Positions 50,462 through 62,694 of a DNA stretch of 64,000 bases are shown here, in pieces (the stretch's first letter is position 1; every line of letters starts with the position of its first letter). The notes beneath the pieces are model-generated. The model was given only the letters and a program-made list of their open reading frames with translations, was not told the DNA's origin and did not search any database. Origin of the DNA: Squalus acanthias (lineage: Eukaryota). The stretch covers positions 7,068,001 through 7,132,000 of the forward strand of contig CM059432.1 in the NCBI GenBank assembly GCA_030390025.1, in the 5' to 3' direction. The position numbers were made by a program, and so were the translations under genes.

Positions 50462-50970
50462 AAGAACATAAGAAATAGGAGCAGGAATAGGCCACTTGGC
50501 CCCTCAAGCCTGCTCCGCCATTCAATGAGATCACGGCTGATCTTGGGCTCAAAGCCACTTCCCTGCCCGCGCTCCATAACCCTTCACTCCCTTATCTTGC
50601 AAAAAATCTGTCTATCACCACCTTAAATGTCATTAATGACCCAGCCTCCACAGCTCTCTGGGCAGAGAATTCCACAGATTTACAACCCTCTGAGAGAAGA
50701 AATTCCTCCTCATCTCAGTTCTAAAAGGGCGACCCTTTATTCTGAAACTATGCCCCCGAGTTCTAGATTTCCCCACGAGGGGAAACATCCTCACTGCATC
50801 GACCTTGTCGAGCCCCCTCAGTATCTTATATGTTTCAATAAGATCACCTCTCATTCTTCTAAATTCCAATGAGTATCGGCTCAACCTTTCTTCATAAGTC
50901 AACCCCCTCATCTCAGGAATTAACCGCGTGAATCGTCTCTGAACTGCCTCCAAAGCAAGTATATCCTTCT
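50462..50970 (-). mobile_element. CR1 LINE 3' fragment inserted into an L2-like remnant
   Basis: ORF 50633-50953. Confidence 0.88.
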
Positions 50971-51342
50971 GTTGCTGAATCCCTCATTCCTTACGCCAAT
51001 GCTCTCCTGATTGACCTTTCATCCTATGCCCTCTAATTCTAGTTTGTTTTTAACTGTCAATTGTTTCATACTATCATCTTGCAAGATATCCCTGTTGCTT
51101 GCCTGAGTTTTAGCAAATATTTTCACATTCTTTGCCAATGCCTGCAGCCTTAAGAAATGGTCAATTTTTGGATAGTTGTTTGCCCTGATACTGTGAAAAC
51201 CCTTTGGCTTAACTTTGGTTGTAGAGACATATCTTTAATAAAACGACGTCCCTGTAAAGCTTTTCTTTATATTTTTATTTCAGTAATATGTTGGCAGAAA
51301 TGTGATATTGTTGTGATTGTTTTTGTCGTGTATTCTCATCAG

Positions 51343-51524
51343 CAGCGATGGCGAGTCTGGTTCGCAGAGTGTCTGTGACCAGCTTGTGTCTCCAATGGCA
51401 TTGGCAGCCTGCACCAGGGTCGATTCTTGTTTTGCACCGTGGTTTGTGCCTTCTCTTGGTATCTCGTTGCGGTTTGCCCAAATTGAACTTCACCTTTGCC
51501 ATCATCTGGATCAGCTGGGCACAG
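51343..51524 (+). CDS. VPS13B: VPS13B internal coding exon (window exon 5), phase 2 to 1
   Basis: tctcatcAG|CAGC ... ACAG|GTacgt; 182 nt. Translates (S)SDGESGSQSVCDQLVSPMALAACTRVDSCFAPWFVPSLGISLRFAQIELHLCHHLDQLGT. Confidence 0.93.
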
Positions 51525-52609
51525 GTACGTTACTGGAATAACAAATGTGCTTATTGAGTACTTCGAACTTTTCTCTCAGTTCTAAGCTGAAGCTTTGTCA
51601 TTTTATTTAAAGGAAATCTGTCACGATGTATTGAAAGGGTTTTTTTAAAAGCTGGAAGAAGAGCAAAGTGCGTTTTCTTCAAAATATATTTTTGCTTTTA
51701 TTCAAAGAATTATATCAATTAAAAATGTGAATTTTCTATCTGAAAGATCAGTACCTGAAATCATCTGGGACAGATTTTCCTAACACATCATTTATTGAGG
51801 CTATGCTAGTTAATTGCTGCTGTAAATAGGAACTCGTGTTGAGTATTGCTTCTTGGATAACCAAACTAATGTAAGGGATGCACAGCTCCATAATAATTCA
51901 AATCATTGAGTTCAATGCTATAGCATAGATGCATTTAAGGGAAAGCTACATAAGTACATGAGGGAGAAAGGAATAGAAGGATATGTTGATAGGGTGAGAT
52001 GAAGTAGAGTGGGAGAAGGCTCGTGCGGCGCATAAGCACCGGCATAGACCAGTTGGGCCAATTGGCCTGTTTCTATGCTGTAAATTCTATGTAGTTTATA
52101 ATACACCATTTAAAGATCTCACATTTGTTTTGAATAGGGAATGAGTGTGTGAATTTTAATTAAAGGAACTGATATTCTTCATCTGTTGACTTGGGCTTTG
52201 AAATTACACTGTGAATGCTTAACAGGTGTGTCTGTAATTCATCTCTGTGCTGTTTTATTGGGGAATTAACCTGTTTACTCTGAGTGTAATTTCATTGCCT
52301 CGGTTTTGTCGTGGTGAGGCTTTTCAGTGTCTTCTGATTTTGGTAGCTAATATCCCTACCAATCTGATTTTCATTAAATCATTCAGCACAGAAGGAGGCC
52401 GTTCAGCCCATCCTGCCAGTGCCAACTCTCGGAAAGAGCGCTCCAGTTACTCTCTCTCCCCTAAATCCATTTTAAATTTTAACTCCATTCTGTTTTTCTC
52501 TTTGAAAGAACTACGCAGAATGGGATAAATAATGTTGTTGATGATGTCACCAAATTAGTCCCTCCCTATTCTATCGGGGAACATAGTTTTACAATTATTA
52601 ATTTAGAAG

Positions 52610-54965
52610 AGATAGACAAAATGGAAAAGGAGGGGTAGCCCTGATAATAAAGGATGGGATAAAGACAGTAGAGAGAAAGGATCTTAGCTCTGAAAATCAA
52701 GAAGTAGAATCAGTTTGGGTGGAGCTAAGAAACAGCAAGGGGCAGAGAACATTGGTGGGAGTTGTTTATAGGCCCCCAAACAGTAGTTGTAATGTGGGGC
52801 AGAGTATAAATCAGGGATTTAGAGACGCATGTAACAAGGGTAATACAGTAATCATGGGGGACTTTAATCTGCATATAGACTGGGCAAACCAAATTTGCAG
52901 TAATAGTGTGGAGGACGAATTCATGGAATGTATGCAAGATAGTTTTCTAGATCAGTATGTTGAGGAACCAACTAGGGAAAAGGCCATTTTAGATCTAGTA
53001 TTGTGCAACGAGAAAATGTTAATTAATAACCTTGTTGTAAAGGGGCCTTTAGGGAAGAGTGACCATAATATTATAGAATTTTATATTGAGTTTGAAAGTG
53101 ATTTAGTTAAATCCGAAACTAGGGTCTTAAATCTAAACAAAGCAAACTATGTAGGTATGAGGGGCGAGTTGACTAAGGTAGATTGGGAAACTACATTAAA
53201 AGGTATGGCAGTAGAGAAGCAATGGCTAGCATTTAAAGAATTAATACATAATTTACAACAAATATACATTCTTTTAAGGCACAAAAACCCCACGGGAAAA
53301 GTGGTCCAACCGTGGCTAACAAGAGAAGTTAAAGATAGTAGTAGATCAAAGGAAGAGGCTTAAAATGTTTCCAAAATGAGTAGTAAACCTGAGGATTGGG
53401 CGGATTTTAGAATTCAGCAAAGGAGGACCAAGAGATTGATAAAGAAAGGGAAAATAGAATACGAGAGTAAACTAGCGAGAGACATAAAAACAGACTGTAA
53501 AAGCTTCTATAGGTATGTAAAAAGGAAAAGATTAGTGTAACCCCACTATTTAAGAAAGGAGGGAGAGAGAAAACAGGGAACTACAGACCAGTTAGCCTGA
53601 CATCAGTAGTAGGAAAAACGCTAGAATCTATTATTTAAGGACGTGGTAACAGAGCACTTAGAAAATAATAATAGGATTGGGCAGTCAACACGGATTTATG
53701 AAAGGGAAATTGTGTTTGACGAATCTGTTAGAGTTTTTTGCGGTTGTAACTAGCAGAATAGCTAAGGGGGAACCAGTGGATGTGGTGTATTTGGATTTTT
53801 AGAAGGCATTCAATAAGGTACCACACAAGAGGTTATTAAACAAAATTAGGGCTCATGGGATTGGGGGTAATATACTAGCATGGATTGAGGATTGGTTAAC
53901 GGACAGAGAATAGGAATAAACGGATCATTTTCGGGTTGGCAGGCTGTAACTAGTGTGGTACCGCAAGGATCAGTGCTTGGACCTCAGCTATTCACAATCT
54001 ATATCAATGATTTGGATGAGGGGACCAAATGTAATATATCCAAGTTTGCTGATGTTACAAAGCTGGGTGGGAATATAAGTTGTGAGGAGGATGCAAAGAG
54101 GCTTCAAGGGGATATAGACAAGCTAAGTGAGTGGGCAGGAACATGGCAAATGGAATATAATGTGGAGAAATGTGAAGTTATCCACTTTGGTAGAAAAAAT
54201 AGAAAACCAGAGTATTTTTTAAATGGTGAGAGATGGGGAAATGTTGGTGTTCAGAGGGACCTGGGTGTCCTTGTACATGAATCACTGAAAGTTAACATGC
54301 AGGTACAGCAAGCAATTAGGAAAGCAAATGGTATGTTGCCTTCATTACAAGATGATTTGAGTATAAGAGTAAAGACGTCTTACTGCAATTATATAGGGCC
54401 CTGGTGAGACCACACCAGGAGTATTGTGGACAGTTTTGGTCTCCCTACCTAAGGAAGGATATACTTGCCATAGAGGGAGTGCAACGAAGGTTCACCAGAC
54501 TGATTCCTGGGATGCGGGGATTGTCCTATGAGGAGAGATTGAGTAGACTAGGCCTATATTCTCTGGAGTTTAGAAGAATGAGGTGTGATCGCATTGAAAC
54601 ATACAAAATTCTTACAGGGCTTGACAGGGTAGATGCAGGGAGGATGTTTCCCTGGCTGGGGAGTCTAGAACCAGGGGTCACAGTCTCAGAATAAGGGGTC
54701 AGCCATTTAAGACTGAGATGAGGAGAAATTTCTTCACTCAGAGGGTGATGAATCCTTGGAATTCTCTACCCCAGAGGGCTGTGGAGGCTCAGTCGTTGAG
54801 TATATTCAAGACAGAGATCGATAGATCTTTGGATATTAAGGGATATGAGGATAGTGCAGGAAAGTGGAGTTGAGGTAGAAGATCAGCCATGATCTTATTG
54901 AATGGTGGAGCAGGCTCGAGGGGCCGAATGGCCGACTCCTGCTCCTATTTCTTATGTTCTTATTA
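52610..54965 (+). mobile_element. CR1 LINE ORF2 (APE endonuclease plus RT), degraded, with an internal deletion
   Basis: ORF 52719-53363 (VGVVYRPPN, MGDFN, GKSDHN), then 53892-54407 and 54404-54694; same family as 19463-21903. Confidence 0.93.
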
Positions 54966-55024
54966 TGAACATTAAATGCACATAAATAAGATGGTTTTAT
55001 TTCATCTTAGAGTTATAATTAAAA

Positions 55025-55295
55025 GTATCAAGAAATCAAATGGGAAATTCAGAAGAAACTTCTTTACCCAGAGAGTGGTGAGAATGTGGAACTCGCTACC
55101 ACAGGGAGTAGATGAGACAAATAGTACAGATGCATTTAAGGGGAGGCTAGATAAGCATATGAGGAAGAAGGGAATAGCGGGTTACACTGATAGAGTTTGA
55201 TGAGGAAAGACGGGAGGAGGCGCGAGTGGAGCATAAACGCCGGCGTGGACTGGTTGGGCCGAATGGCCTGTTTCTATGCCGTATATCCTGTGTAA
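55025..55295 (+). mobile_element. CR1 LINE 3' fragment
   Basis: FRRNFFTQRVVRMWNSLP. Confidence 0.85.
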
Positions 55296-55432
55296 GTATC
55301 TAACTGGCTAAATGTTGATTATAAATCAGTGAAAGGTTTTAATTTTTATTATTTTATGATACGATCCATCCAAATTTGTTTTTTAAATACATCAAGAACG
55401 TTGTTGCTTGAAATATTTATTTTATACCACAG

Positions 55433-55782
55433 CACACCCCAGCCGCCTCCAGACATTCACCCCTGATAGAAAGTTGCCGACAGAGCAAGAATTCATGGTG
55501 CTTTCTCTGAAAAATCCAAACGTCTACTTGCGCCAGTGGTCTGATGGCCCCGTCTGCCGGGAGCTCCAGTTCTCCGCCATCGCCGACTGCAAACTGCTGG
55601 AATACCGCAATCTAACCATGCTGAGCATTTTGAAGCCCTTCATTCTTCACGGGCAAGTGGCCATTAGCAACAGCTCAGTGGAGCAGCTGATAGATGGAAA
55701 TGTGTTTGTTGATCCTGTTTTTATCAACGTGGGGCAGCATGCAGTTCACTCACTGGACACAGCAGTTCGTGCTTGGAAGCAG
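55433..55782 (+). CDS. VPS13B: VPS13B internal coding exon (window exon 6), phase 1 to 0
   Basis: ataccacAG|CA ... CAG|GTatgt; 350 nt. Translates (A)HPSRLQTFTPDRKLPTEQEFMV...ADCKLLEYRNLTM...NVGQHAVHSLDTAVRAWKQ. Confidence 0.95.
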
Positions 55783-55831
55783 GTATGTTAAAACAGGTGG
55801 AGCTGTGTCAACTCCTCCTAATTGCCAATTA

Positions 55832-56675
55832 GGAACCTAGGAACGGGTCGGCCATTGAGCCCCTCGAGCCTGTCCTGCCATTCAATGAGATCATGGCTGA
55901 TCTGCGACCTAACTCCATATACCTGCCCTTGTCCCCTATCCCTTAATACCTTTGGTTAACAAAAATCTATCAATCACAGATTTAAAATTAACAATTGATC
56001 GAGCATCAACTGCTGTTTGCGGAAGAGAGTTCCAAACTTCTACCACCCTTTGTGTGTAGAAGTGTTTCCTAACTTCACTCCTGAAAGGCCTGGCTCTAAT
56101 TTATAGGCTATTCCCCCCCCTAGTCTTCGACTCTCCAACCAGCGGATATAGTTTCTCTCTATCCACCCTATCAGTTCCCCTCAATATCTTGAAAACTTCG
56201 GTCAGATCACCCCTTAACCTTCCAAATTCCAGGGCACACAGCCCTAGTTTGTGTAATCTGTCCTCATAATTTAACCCCTGGAGTCCGGGTATCATTCTGG
56301 TAAACCTACGCTGCACTCCCTCCAAGGCCAATATATCCTTCCTAAGGTGTGGTGCCCAGAACTGAACACCATACTCCAGGTGTGGTCTAATTAGGGCTTT
56401 GAATAGGAAGGCCATGTTGGCTGGATTTCGGGATTGATGACTTCTCTTGCTATGCTACATATCCAATCTATTGTAAACAGCTTCCACCATAGGAACAGGA
56501 GGAGGCCATTGAGCCCCTCGAGCCTGTTCCGCCATTCAATGAAATCAAGGCTGATCTGCGACCTAATTCCATATACCCGCCTTTGCCCCATATCCCTTAA
56601 TACCTTTGGTTAACAAAAATCTATCGATCTCAGATTTAAAATTAACGATTGACCCAGCATCATCGGCCGTTTGCA
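55832..56675 (-). mobile_element. Two same-orientation CR1 3' fragments (55832-56410 and 56488-56675)
   Basis: ORF 56101-56415; the 3' UTR sequence ggccattgagcccctcgagcctg occurs twice. Confidence 0.85.
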
Positions 56676-57033
56676 GCTTTTTAATCAGGATGACACTGGG
56701 TTGCCCCAGGTGTCATCAATCAAAAGAAAAATAATCCAATAAAAGTACCTCCTTAAACAATAAGCAGCAATAATATATTCCGTGTTGACAGTGCACTCCA
56801 GTCCCTCCGGCGCCCACCAGTAGCGGAAGACCTCAAGTGTACCCACGGTTAAACTGTGTGAAGTGTTGGTTTTGTTTGAAATGTCTTGTTTTTATTTGAA
56901 ATGTCTACCTCAGCTGAAGACTACTTAGAATACATTGATATGAAGCAGGCATCCAACGCATTTGTACTGCAGCACTGCATTGAATTAATTACTGCGCGTT
57001 TCATTTATATCTGCGATACCCGACATTGTGACA

Positions 57034-57600
57034 GTGTCAGCTGTGGGCCCAGTGGGTAGCACCCGAGCCTCTGAGTCAGAAGATCGTGGGTTCTGAAATC
57101 TAGGCTGACACTCCAATGCAATACTGAGGGAGGTGCCGTCTTTCGGGTGAGACGTTAAACCGAGGCCCCATCTGCCCTCTCGTGTGGACGTAAAAGATCC
57201 CAGGGCCACTATTTCGAAGAAGAGCAGGGGAGTTCTCCCCGCTGTCCTGGGGCCAATATTTATCACTCAAACAACACTAAAACTGACTAAAATAACAACA
57301 GAAAACGCTGGAAAAACTCAGCAGGCCAGGCAACATCCATGGAGAGAGAAAGAGAGTTAACGTTTCAGGTCGAAACCCTTCGTCGGAACTGACTATCTGT
57401 TCATTATCACATTGCTGTTTGTTGCTGTGCCCCTCAACCAACATCACTAAATCAGTTCATTATCACGTTGCCGTGCGCATATTGGCTGCCGCATTTCCTA
57501 CATTACAACAGCGACTACACTTGAAAAGTACTTATTTGGTTGTAAAGCGCTTTGGGACGTCCTGTGGTCGTGAAAGACGCTATATAAATGTCTTTCTTTC
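57034..57600 (+). mobile_element. Deu-domain tRNA-SINE interrupted by a Penelope-derived insertion
   Basis: The SINE consensus is broken at 57289/57387. Confidence 0.8.
57290..57391 (-). mobile_element. Short Penelope-terminal-repeat-derived insertion with hammerhead-like motif; 9-bp duplication
   Basis: AACTGACTA at 57281-57289 and 57387-57395. Confidence 0.8.
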
Positions 57601-57671
57601 TGACATAGCTTCCTTGCAAAGCTTAGTATTTTTGTGCCTGTAATAAAATATTCAAACGAATTATGAATCAT

Positions 57672-57930
57672 AAGCATAGAATCATAGAAATTTACGGCAC
57701 AGAAGGAGGCCATTCGGCCCATTGTGTCTGAGCCGGCCAAAAAAGAGCTACCCAGCCTAATCCCACTTTCCAGCTCTTGGTCCGTAGCCTTGTAGGTTAC
57801 AGCTCTTCAAGTACTTTTTAAAAGCGATGAGGGTTTCTACCTCTACCACCCTTTCAGGCAGTGAGTTCCAGACCCCCACCACCCTCTGGGTGAAAAAAAG
57901 TTCTCAACTCCCCTCTAATCCTTCTACCAT
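57672..57930 (-). mobile_element. CR1 LINE 3' fragment
   Basis: (catagaat)n tail; rc reads ttcacccagagggtggtgggggtctggaactcactgcc. Confidence 0.8.
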
Positions 57931-58255
57931 AAGATGTACTCCTTTCACTGATAGTCACTCTTTCAGACCTCAGATTGATATAAAATGAAGAAACCAGTAC
58001 TGTAAGTTCTCCTTAATTCCATCACTTCCAAACATAGATAAAGTCCTGTAAGACATGATGCGCATGGGTTCAGAAGGATTCTTCAAATATGCAGTGACTT
58101 TCCGAATTCCTCTTGCGTGCAGCAGATTTAATCTTCAGTTCAGGAAATTGCCTTTTGGACGGTCCGAGCATTGTGCAGAAATGTCTCGGCATTTCACGTG
58201 AGGAAAAACGTACGGATATCTAGGAATGATAACAGGGCAGTAATCTAATTTCTGA

Positions 58256-58342
58256 AATAAAAACGGAAAATGCTGGAAATACTCAGCAGGTCAGGCAGCA
58301 TCTGTGGAGAGAGAAACAGAGTCAACGTTTCAGGTCGATGGC
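58256..58342 (-). mobile_element. Short Penelope-terminal-repeat-derived insertion; 8-bp duplication
   Basis: ATTTCTGA at 58248-58255 and 58343-58350. Confidence 0.75.
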
Positions 58343-58449
58343 ATTTCTGAGTTCATGTTCGTTAGCAACTGCAAGAGATCTTGTGATTTATTACCCGAAC
58401 ACCCTGGATTAGATTATTTCATAGAAATCGTTCAAAATATGTAATATGC

Positions 58450-59005
58450 GGGGGATACGGTAGTAATCCAGAGGCCTGGATTAATGATCCAGAGACATGA
58501 GTTCGAATCCCACCACGGCAGCTGGGGAATTTAAATTCAATTAATTAAATAAATCGGGAATAAAAACCTAGTATCAGTAATGGTGACCATAAAACTACTG
58601 GATTGTCGTAAAAACCCATCTGGTTCACTAATACCCTTTAGGGAAGGAAATCTGCCGTCCTTACTTGGTCTGGCCTATATGTCAAAATCCTGGAACTCCC
58701 TACCTACAGCACAGTGGGAGTACCATCACCACACGGACCGCAGCGGTTCAAGAAGGCGGCTCACCACCACCTTCTCAATTAGGGATGGGCAATAAATGCC
58801 GGTCTTGCGGCAATGCCCACATCTCATGAACGAATTTAATAAAAAAGTGACTCCGGACCCACAGCAATGTGGTTGACTCTTAACTGCCGCTCTGAAATGG
58901 CCTAGCCTTGTTTTCAAGAAGGCAGCTCACCGTCACCTTAGAGGGCAATTAGGAATGGGCAATAAATGCTGCCCTGACGGCGACTTCCCATGAATGAATA
59001 TTTAA
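58450..59005 (+). mobile_element. SINE family B with an internal LINE-X 3' end (about 58681-58846)
   Basis: The SINE breaks at ggcctatatg and resumes at tgactccggacccacagcaatgtgg; two gggcaataaatgc tails are present. Confidence 0.7.
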
Positions 59006-59464
59006 AAAATAATTTGTGTGCGTCCTAATCTACTGTAACATTGCTCACAGTTTGATATGGATATGGGCTCATAACTTCTCCAATTGGTGATAGGCATCTC
59101 TTGTTTCATGGGGTCAATGAGGGCCCATCTTGGCAACTGTATCTCAGAATCTTTTTTCAGTTTCTTCTTTTCGCTTTTAAAATATACTCTTCTTCCCTCT
59201 TGAGCACCGAGGGCGTGTGGCCAGCCCTGGACTGTGTCAACGAGAGGCCGTGCTCCTGTGAGGATGGTGCACTGGGTCAAGTTATCCTTGTAGGCTGGGC
59301 TGCAAGGGTCTTCCCAAGTGTAGCAGGTAGAATTGAATATCCAGCAGCCAGGGACTGAATTACACAACCATGTCCGGAAAGTTCTGTTTAATCCTCCTGT
59401 GCAACACTGTGGTTCTTTTCTGTCTATATCATGTGAGCAATTAACAATCACCTTGACCATACTT

Positions 59465-59915
59465 GAAAGAAAGACTTGCATTTATATCGCGCCTTTCACA
59501 ACCTCAGGACGTCCCAAAGCGCTTTACAGCCAATGAAGTACTTTTTTGAAGTGTAGTCACTGATGTAATGTAGGAAATGCGGCAGTCAATTTTGCCACAG
59601 CAAGCTCCCACAAACAGCAATGTGATAATGACCAGATAATCTGTTTTAGTGATGTTGGTTGAGGGATAAATATTGGCTGTGACACTGGGGATAACTCCCC
59701 TGCTGTTCTTCCAATGGTGCCTTGGGATCTTTTACGTCCACCTGAGCGAGCAGTCGGGGCCTCGTTTGAACATCTCATCCGAAAGACGGCACCTCCGACA
59801 GTGCAGCACTCCCTCAGCACTGCACTGGAGCGTCAGCCTAGATTTTTGTGCTCAAGTCTCTGCACAGGGACTTGAACCTTCTGACTCAGAGGCGAGAGTG
59901 CTACCCACTGAGCCT
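59465..59915 (-). mobile_element. Deu-domain tRNA-SINE
   Basis: Reverse complement of the family consensus. Confidence 0.85.
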
Positions 59916-60444
59916 TCTTTTTTTTTACTATTTTCTTTCATAATATATATATATTTTTAAAGTTATTTTTCTTTCACCATGCCAAGCCCTGCTCGTTTGT
60001 CGCCAGTGGCGTTTCTCACAGTTCACGGGCAATATTTCAGTGACTTTGCAAATTGTTTTGGTCAAATTGAACGTTCAGCCCTGAAAATCCTGGTTCTCGC
60101 GCTTTTAAAAGTAGAACGCTCAGCTGCACTGCTGGTATTATGTCTAAATATTTTTGCAGTCATCAAAAATTATGCCGTTGCCAACTGTAAGTTCTAAATC
60201 AGTATATAGATGAGACACAAATTCTCCACAAGGATCGTTTTTTTTTTAAAACAACTGTTTTATTAAGTACTGTGGAGAATTTGAAATGCTGGCGTTGACA
60301 GTAACCAGCTTTTGTCAGTCATCTGAAATATTAACCAGTGTTTTCACATCCTCGGGTTTTCAAGCTGCGGTATTTGCCACTAGGCGGACGGCTGCTAAAC
60401 ATCTTTAGGGCTGATCTAATGCACACTGATGTTTTCTGTTCCAG

Positions 60445-60606
60445 AACCAACATCCAGAGGCAGAGGAGTTGGTCTTCAGCCACTTTGTGATATGTAACGA
60501 CACTCAGGAGACGCTGCGGTTTGGCCAGGTGGATACTGATGAAAATGTTCTGTTGGCCAGTCAGCACAGCCATCAGTACAGCTGGCGCTCTCACAAGTCC
60601 CCCCAG
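60445..60606 (+). CDS. VPS13B: VPS13B internal coding exon (window exon 7), phase 0 to 0
   Basis: ctgttccAG|AAC ... CAG|GTatta; 162 nt. Translates NQHPEAEELVFSHFVICNDTQETLRFGQVDTDENVLLASQHSHQYSWRSHKSPQ. Confidence 0.95.
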
Positions 60607-60955
60607 GTATTACAAAACGTAGGCTTGCTGAATTATTGTTTGGCAGCTGCTTCAGGGGACTAAAACCGTAATAATAACAGCAGGTGCCTTGAAGGAGATA
60701 TTAATTATAGTTGTAAGTTTTGAAGCAAGCTTTTTTATTATTAGAGTTCGGAAAATGTCACCAATTGCAGTGATGCACCAATGCACATGTAGTTTAATTA
60801 CTGAATGCTGAGGTAAAGCCCTGTTTATCTTAAACGGAACCCAACAAGTCAAGTCAAGGAACAAGCCTTTGCGGACACCATTAACGTTTCTTCATTCCGC
60901 GGTCAAAATGCAAGATTGCCGTTTTTCTTGTGACGACTGTATTAAAGTGATGAAC

Positions 60956-61327
60956 ATTTGATAGAGGTGTACAAGATTATGACGGGTTTGGATAGGCTAG
61001 ACGGGGAAAGGCTGTTCCCACTAGTTGATGGTACAAGGACTAGGGGACACAGATTTAAGGTTTGGCAAGAGATGCAGGGGGGATGTGAGGAAAAACTTTT
61101 TTACGCCGCGAGTGGTGAGGACCTGGAACTCGCTGCCGACGAAAGTGGTGGACGCGGACACACTCAATGTTTTCAAGGGAAGACTGGATAGGCACTTGAG
61201 GGAAATAAACTTGCAGGGCTACGGGGATAGAGCGGGGGAATGGGACTGACTGGATTGCTCTGCAGAGAGCCGGCACAGACTCGATGGGCTGAATGGCCTC
61301 CTTCTGTACCGTTATAACTCTATGATT
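60956..61327 (+). mobile_element. CR1 LINE 3' fragment, same subfamily as 35780-38059
   Basis: Closely matches 37680-38058. Confidence 0.88.
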
Positions 61328-61934
61328 CTGGGCTTCCTTACGCCTCTTCCCTTTAATTCTGTCATTCTTGTTGAAAGCAAACTGCGAAAGGGAGCATTTA
61401 TTTCTCGTAAGGCAGAGCCTTCAGTTCTGAAAGGTTAAGAGAGCATTAACAAGCATGAGGCAGCGATGTGCAGTTTGTTCCACAAAGGTAGTTGCGTTTC
61501 ATTTTGTTTTTAAATAGTCTGTTCTTGACAGCTGCAGTGAAGTGGAGTACGCTCATACTGGTAGGTGTCCTAATTGAGGCTGATGTGATACTGTAAGGAT
61601 TTTCCGACCTCGGCTCTCAAACTAACTCTTCAAAAGGAACTAGAAAAATAGATGATTGGATTCAGACCAGACGCCAGTACATTTGAGCCGTTCCCTGCCA
61701 TAAAGTTTCATCTGTACATCATTTTTCTCTCTCACTTACCCATCTTGCTGCTACCCACTCACCTTCCTAACTCAGTCGGATGACACTTTGTCTCCAAGTC
61801 CATTTCTATCTTCTCCCGGCCCACCAACACTGCTCTTCCTGCACCTCCTCTACAAAACCACCAGCACATTGCTCGTTTAAAACAAGCCAGCACGATAACT
61901 GTCACCGCTTTTAACACTTTACTTTTGCAACATA

Positions 61935-62645
61935 AAAACAAAAGCAAAATACTGCGGATGCTGGAAATCTAAAATGAAAACAGAAAATGCTGGAAACACT
62001 CAGCAGGTCAGGCTGCATCTGTGGGGAGAGAGAGAAACAGAGTTAACGTTTCAGGTCGATGACCTTTTGTCAGGACTGGAAGGAGTTAGAGATATAACAG
62101 GTTTTAAACAAGTGCAGAGGCAGGGAAGGGGAGGAAAGAACAAAAGGGAAGGTCTGTGATGGGGTGGAGGGCAGGAGTGATTAAATGGCAAAAGGGATGA
62201 TGGTGCGAGGCAAAATGGGGTGGTAATGGGACAAGTAAAGAAAGAAAAGATTAATCTAAAGGAGCTGTAAGTGGTAATAGCACAATCATTACCTGCACCT
62301 GCTGCCAGAGAAAATGGGAGCAGTGGTTATGACCTGAAATTGTTGAACTCGATCTTGAGTCTGGAAGGCTGTGAAGTGCCTGGTCGAAAGATGAGGTGCT
62401 GTTCCTCGAGCTTCCGTTGAGCTTCATTGGAACAGTGTAAGAGGCCGAGGACGGAGTGGGATGGAGAATTAAAGTGGGAAGCAACCGGAAGCTCAGGGTC
62501 ACGCTTACGGCATGAATGGAGGTATTCAGCAAAACAATCACCCAATCTGCATTTGGTCTCCCCAATGTAGAGCAGGCTGCATCGTGAGCAGCGAATACAG
62601 TGTACTGAATTGAAAGAAGTACAAGTAAATCGCTGTTTAAGGGGT
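61935..62645 (-). mobile_element. Penelope-like element 3' fragment: GIY-YIG endonuclease remnant plus terminal repeat
   Basis: ORF 62327-62650 (FTCTSFNSVHCIRCSRCSLLYIGETKCRLGDCFAEYL...PVASHFN), followed downstream by the repeat found as solo insertions. Confidence 0.85.
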
Positions 62646-62694
62646 GTCATTATGTATCGCTGCCCTCCTTTCCAAACGGAATCAGTTTATACAG

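Noticed and set aside
59002..59481. 159-aa ORF on the - strand
   Set aside because: No recognisable domain or splice support, and it starts within a SINE tail.
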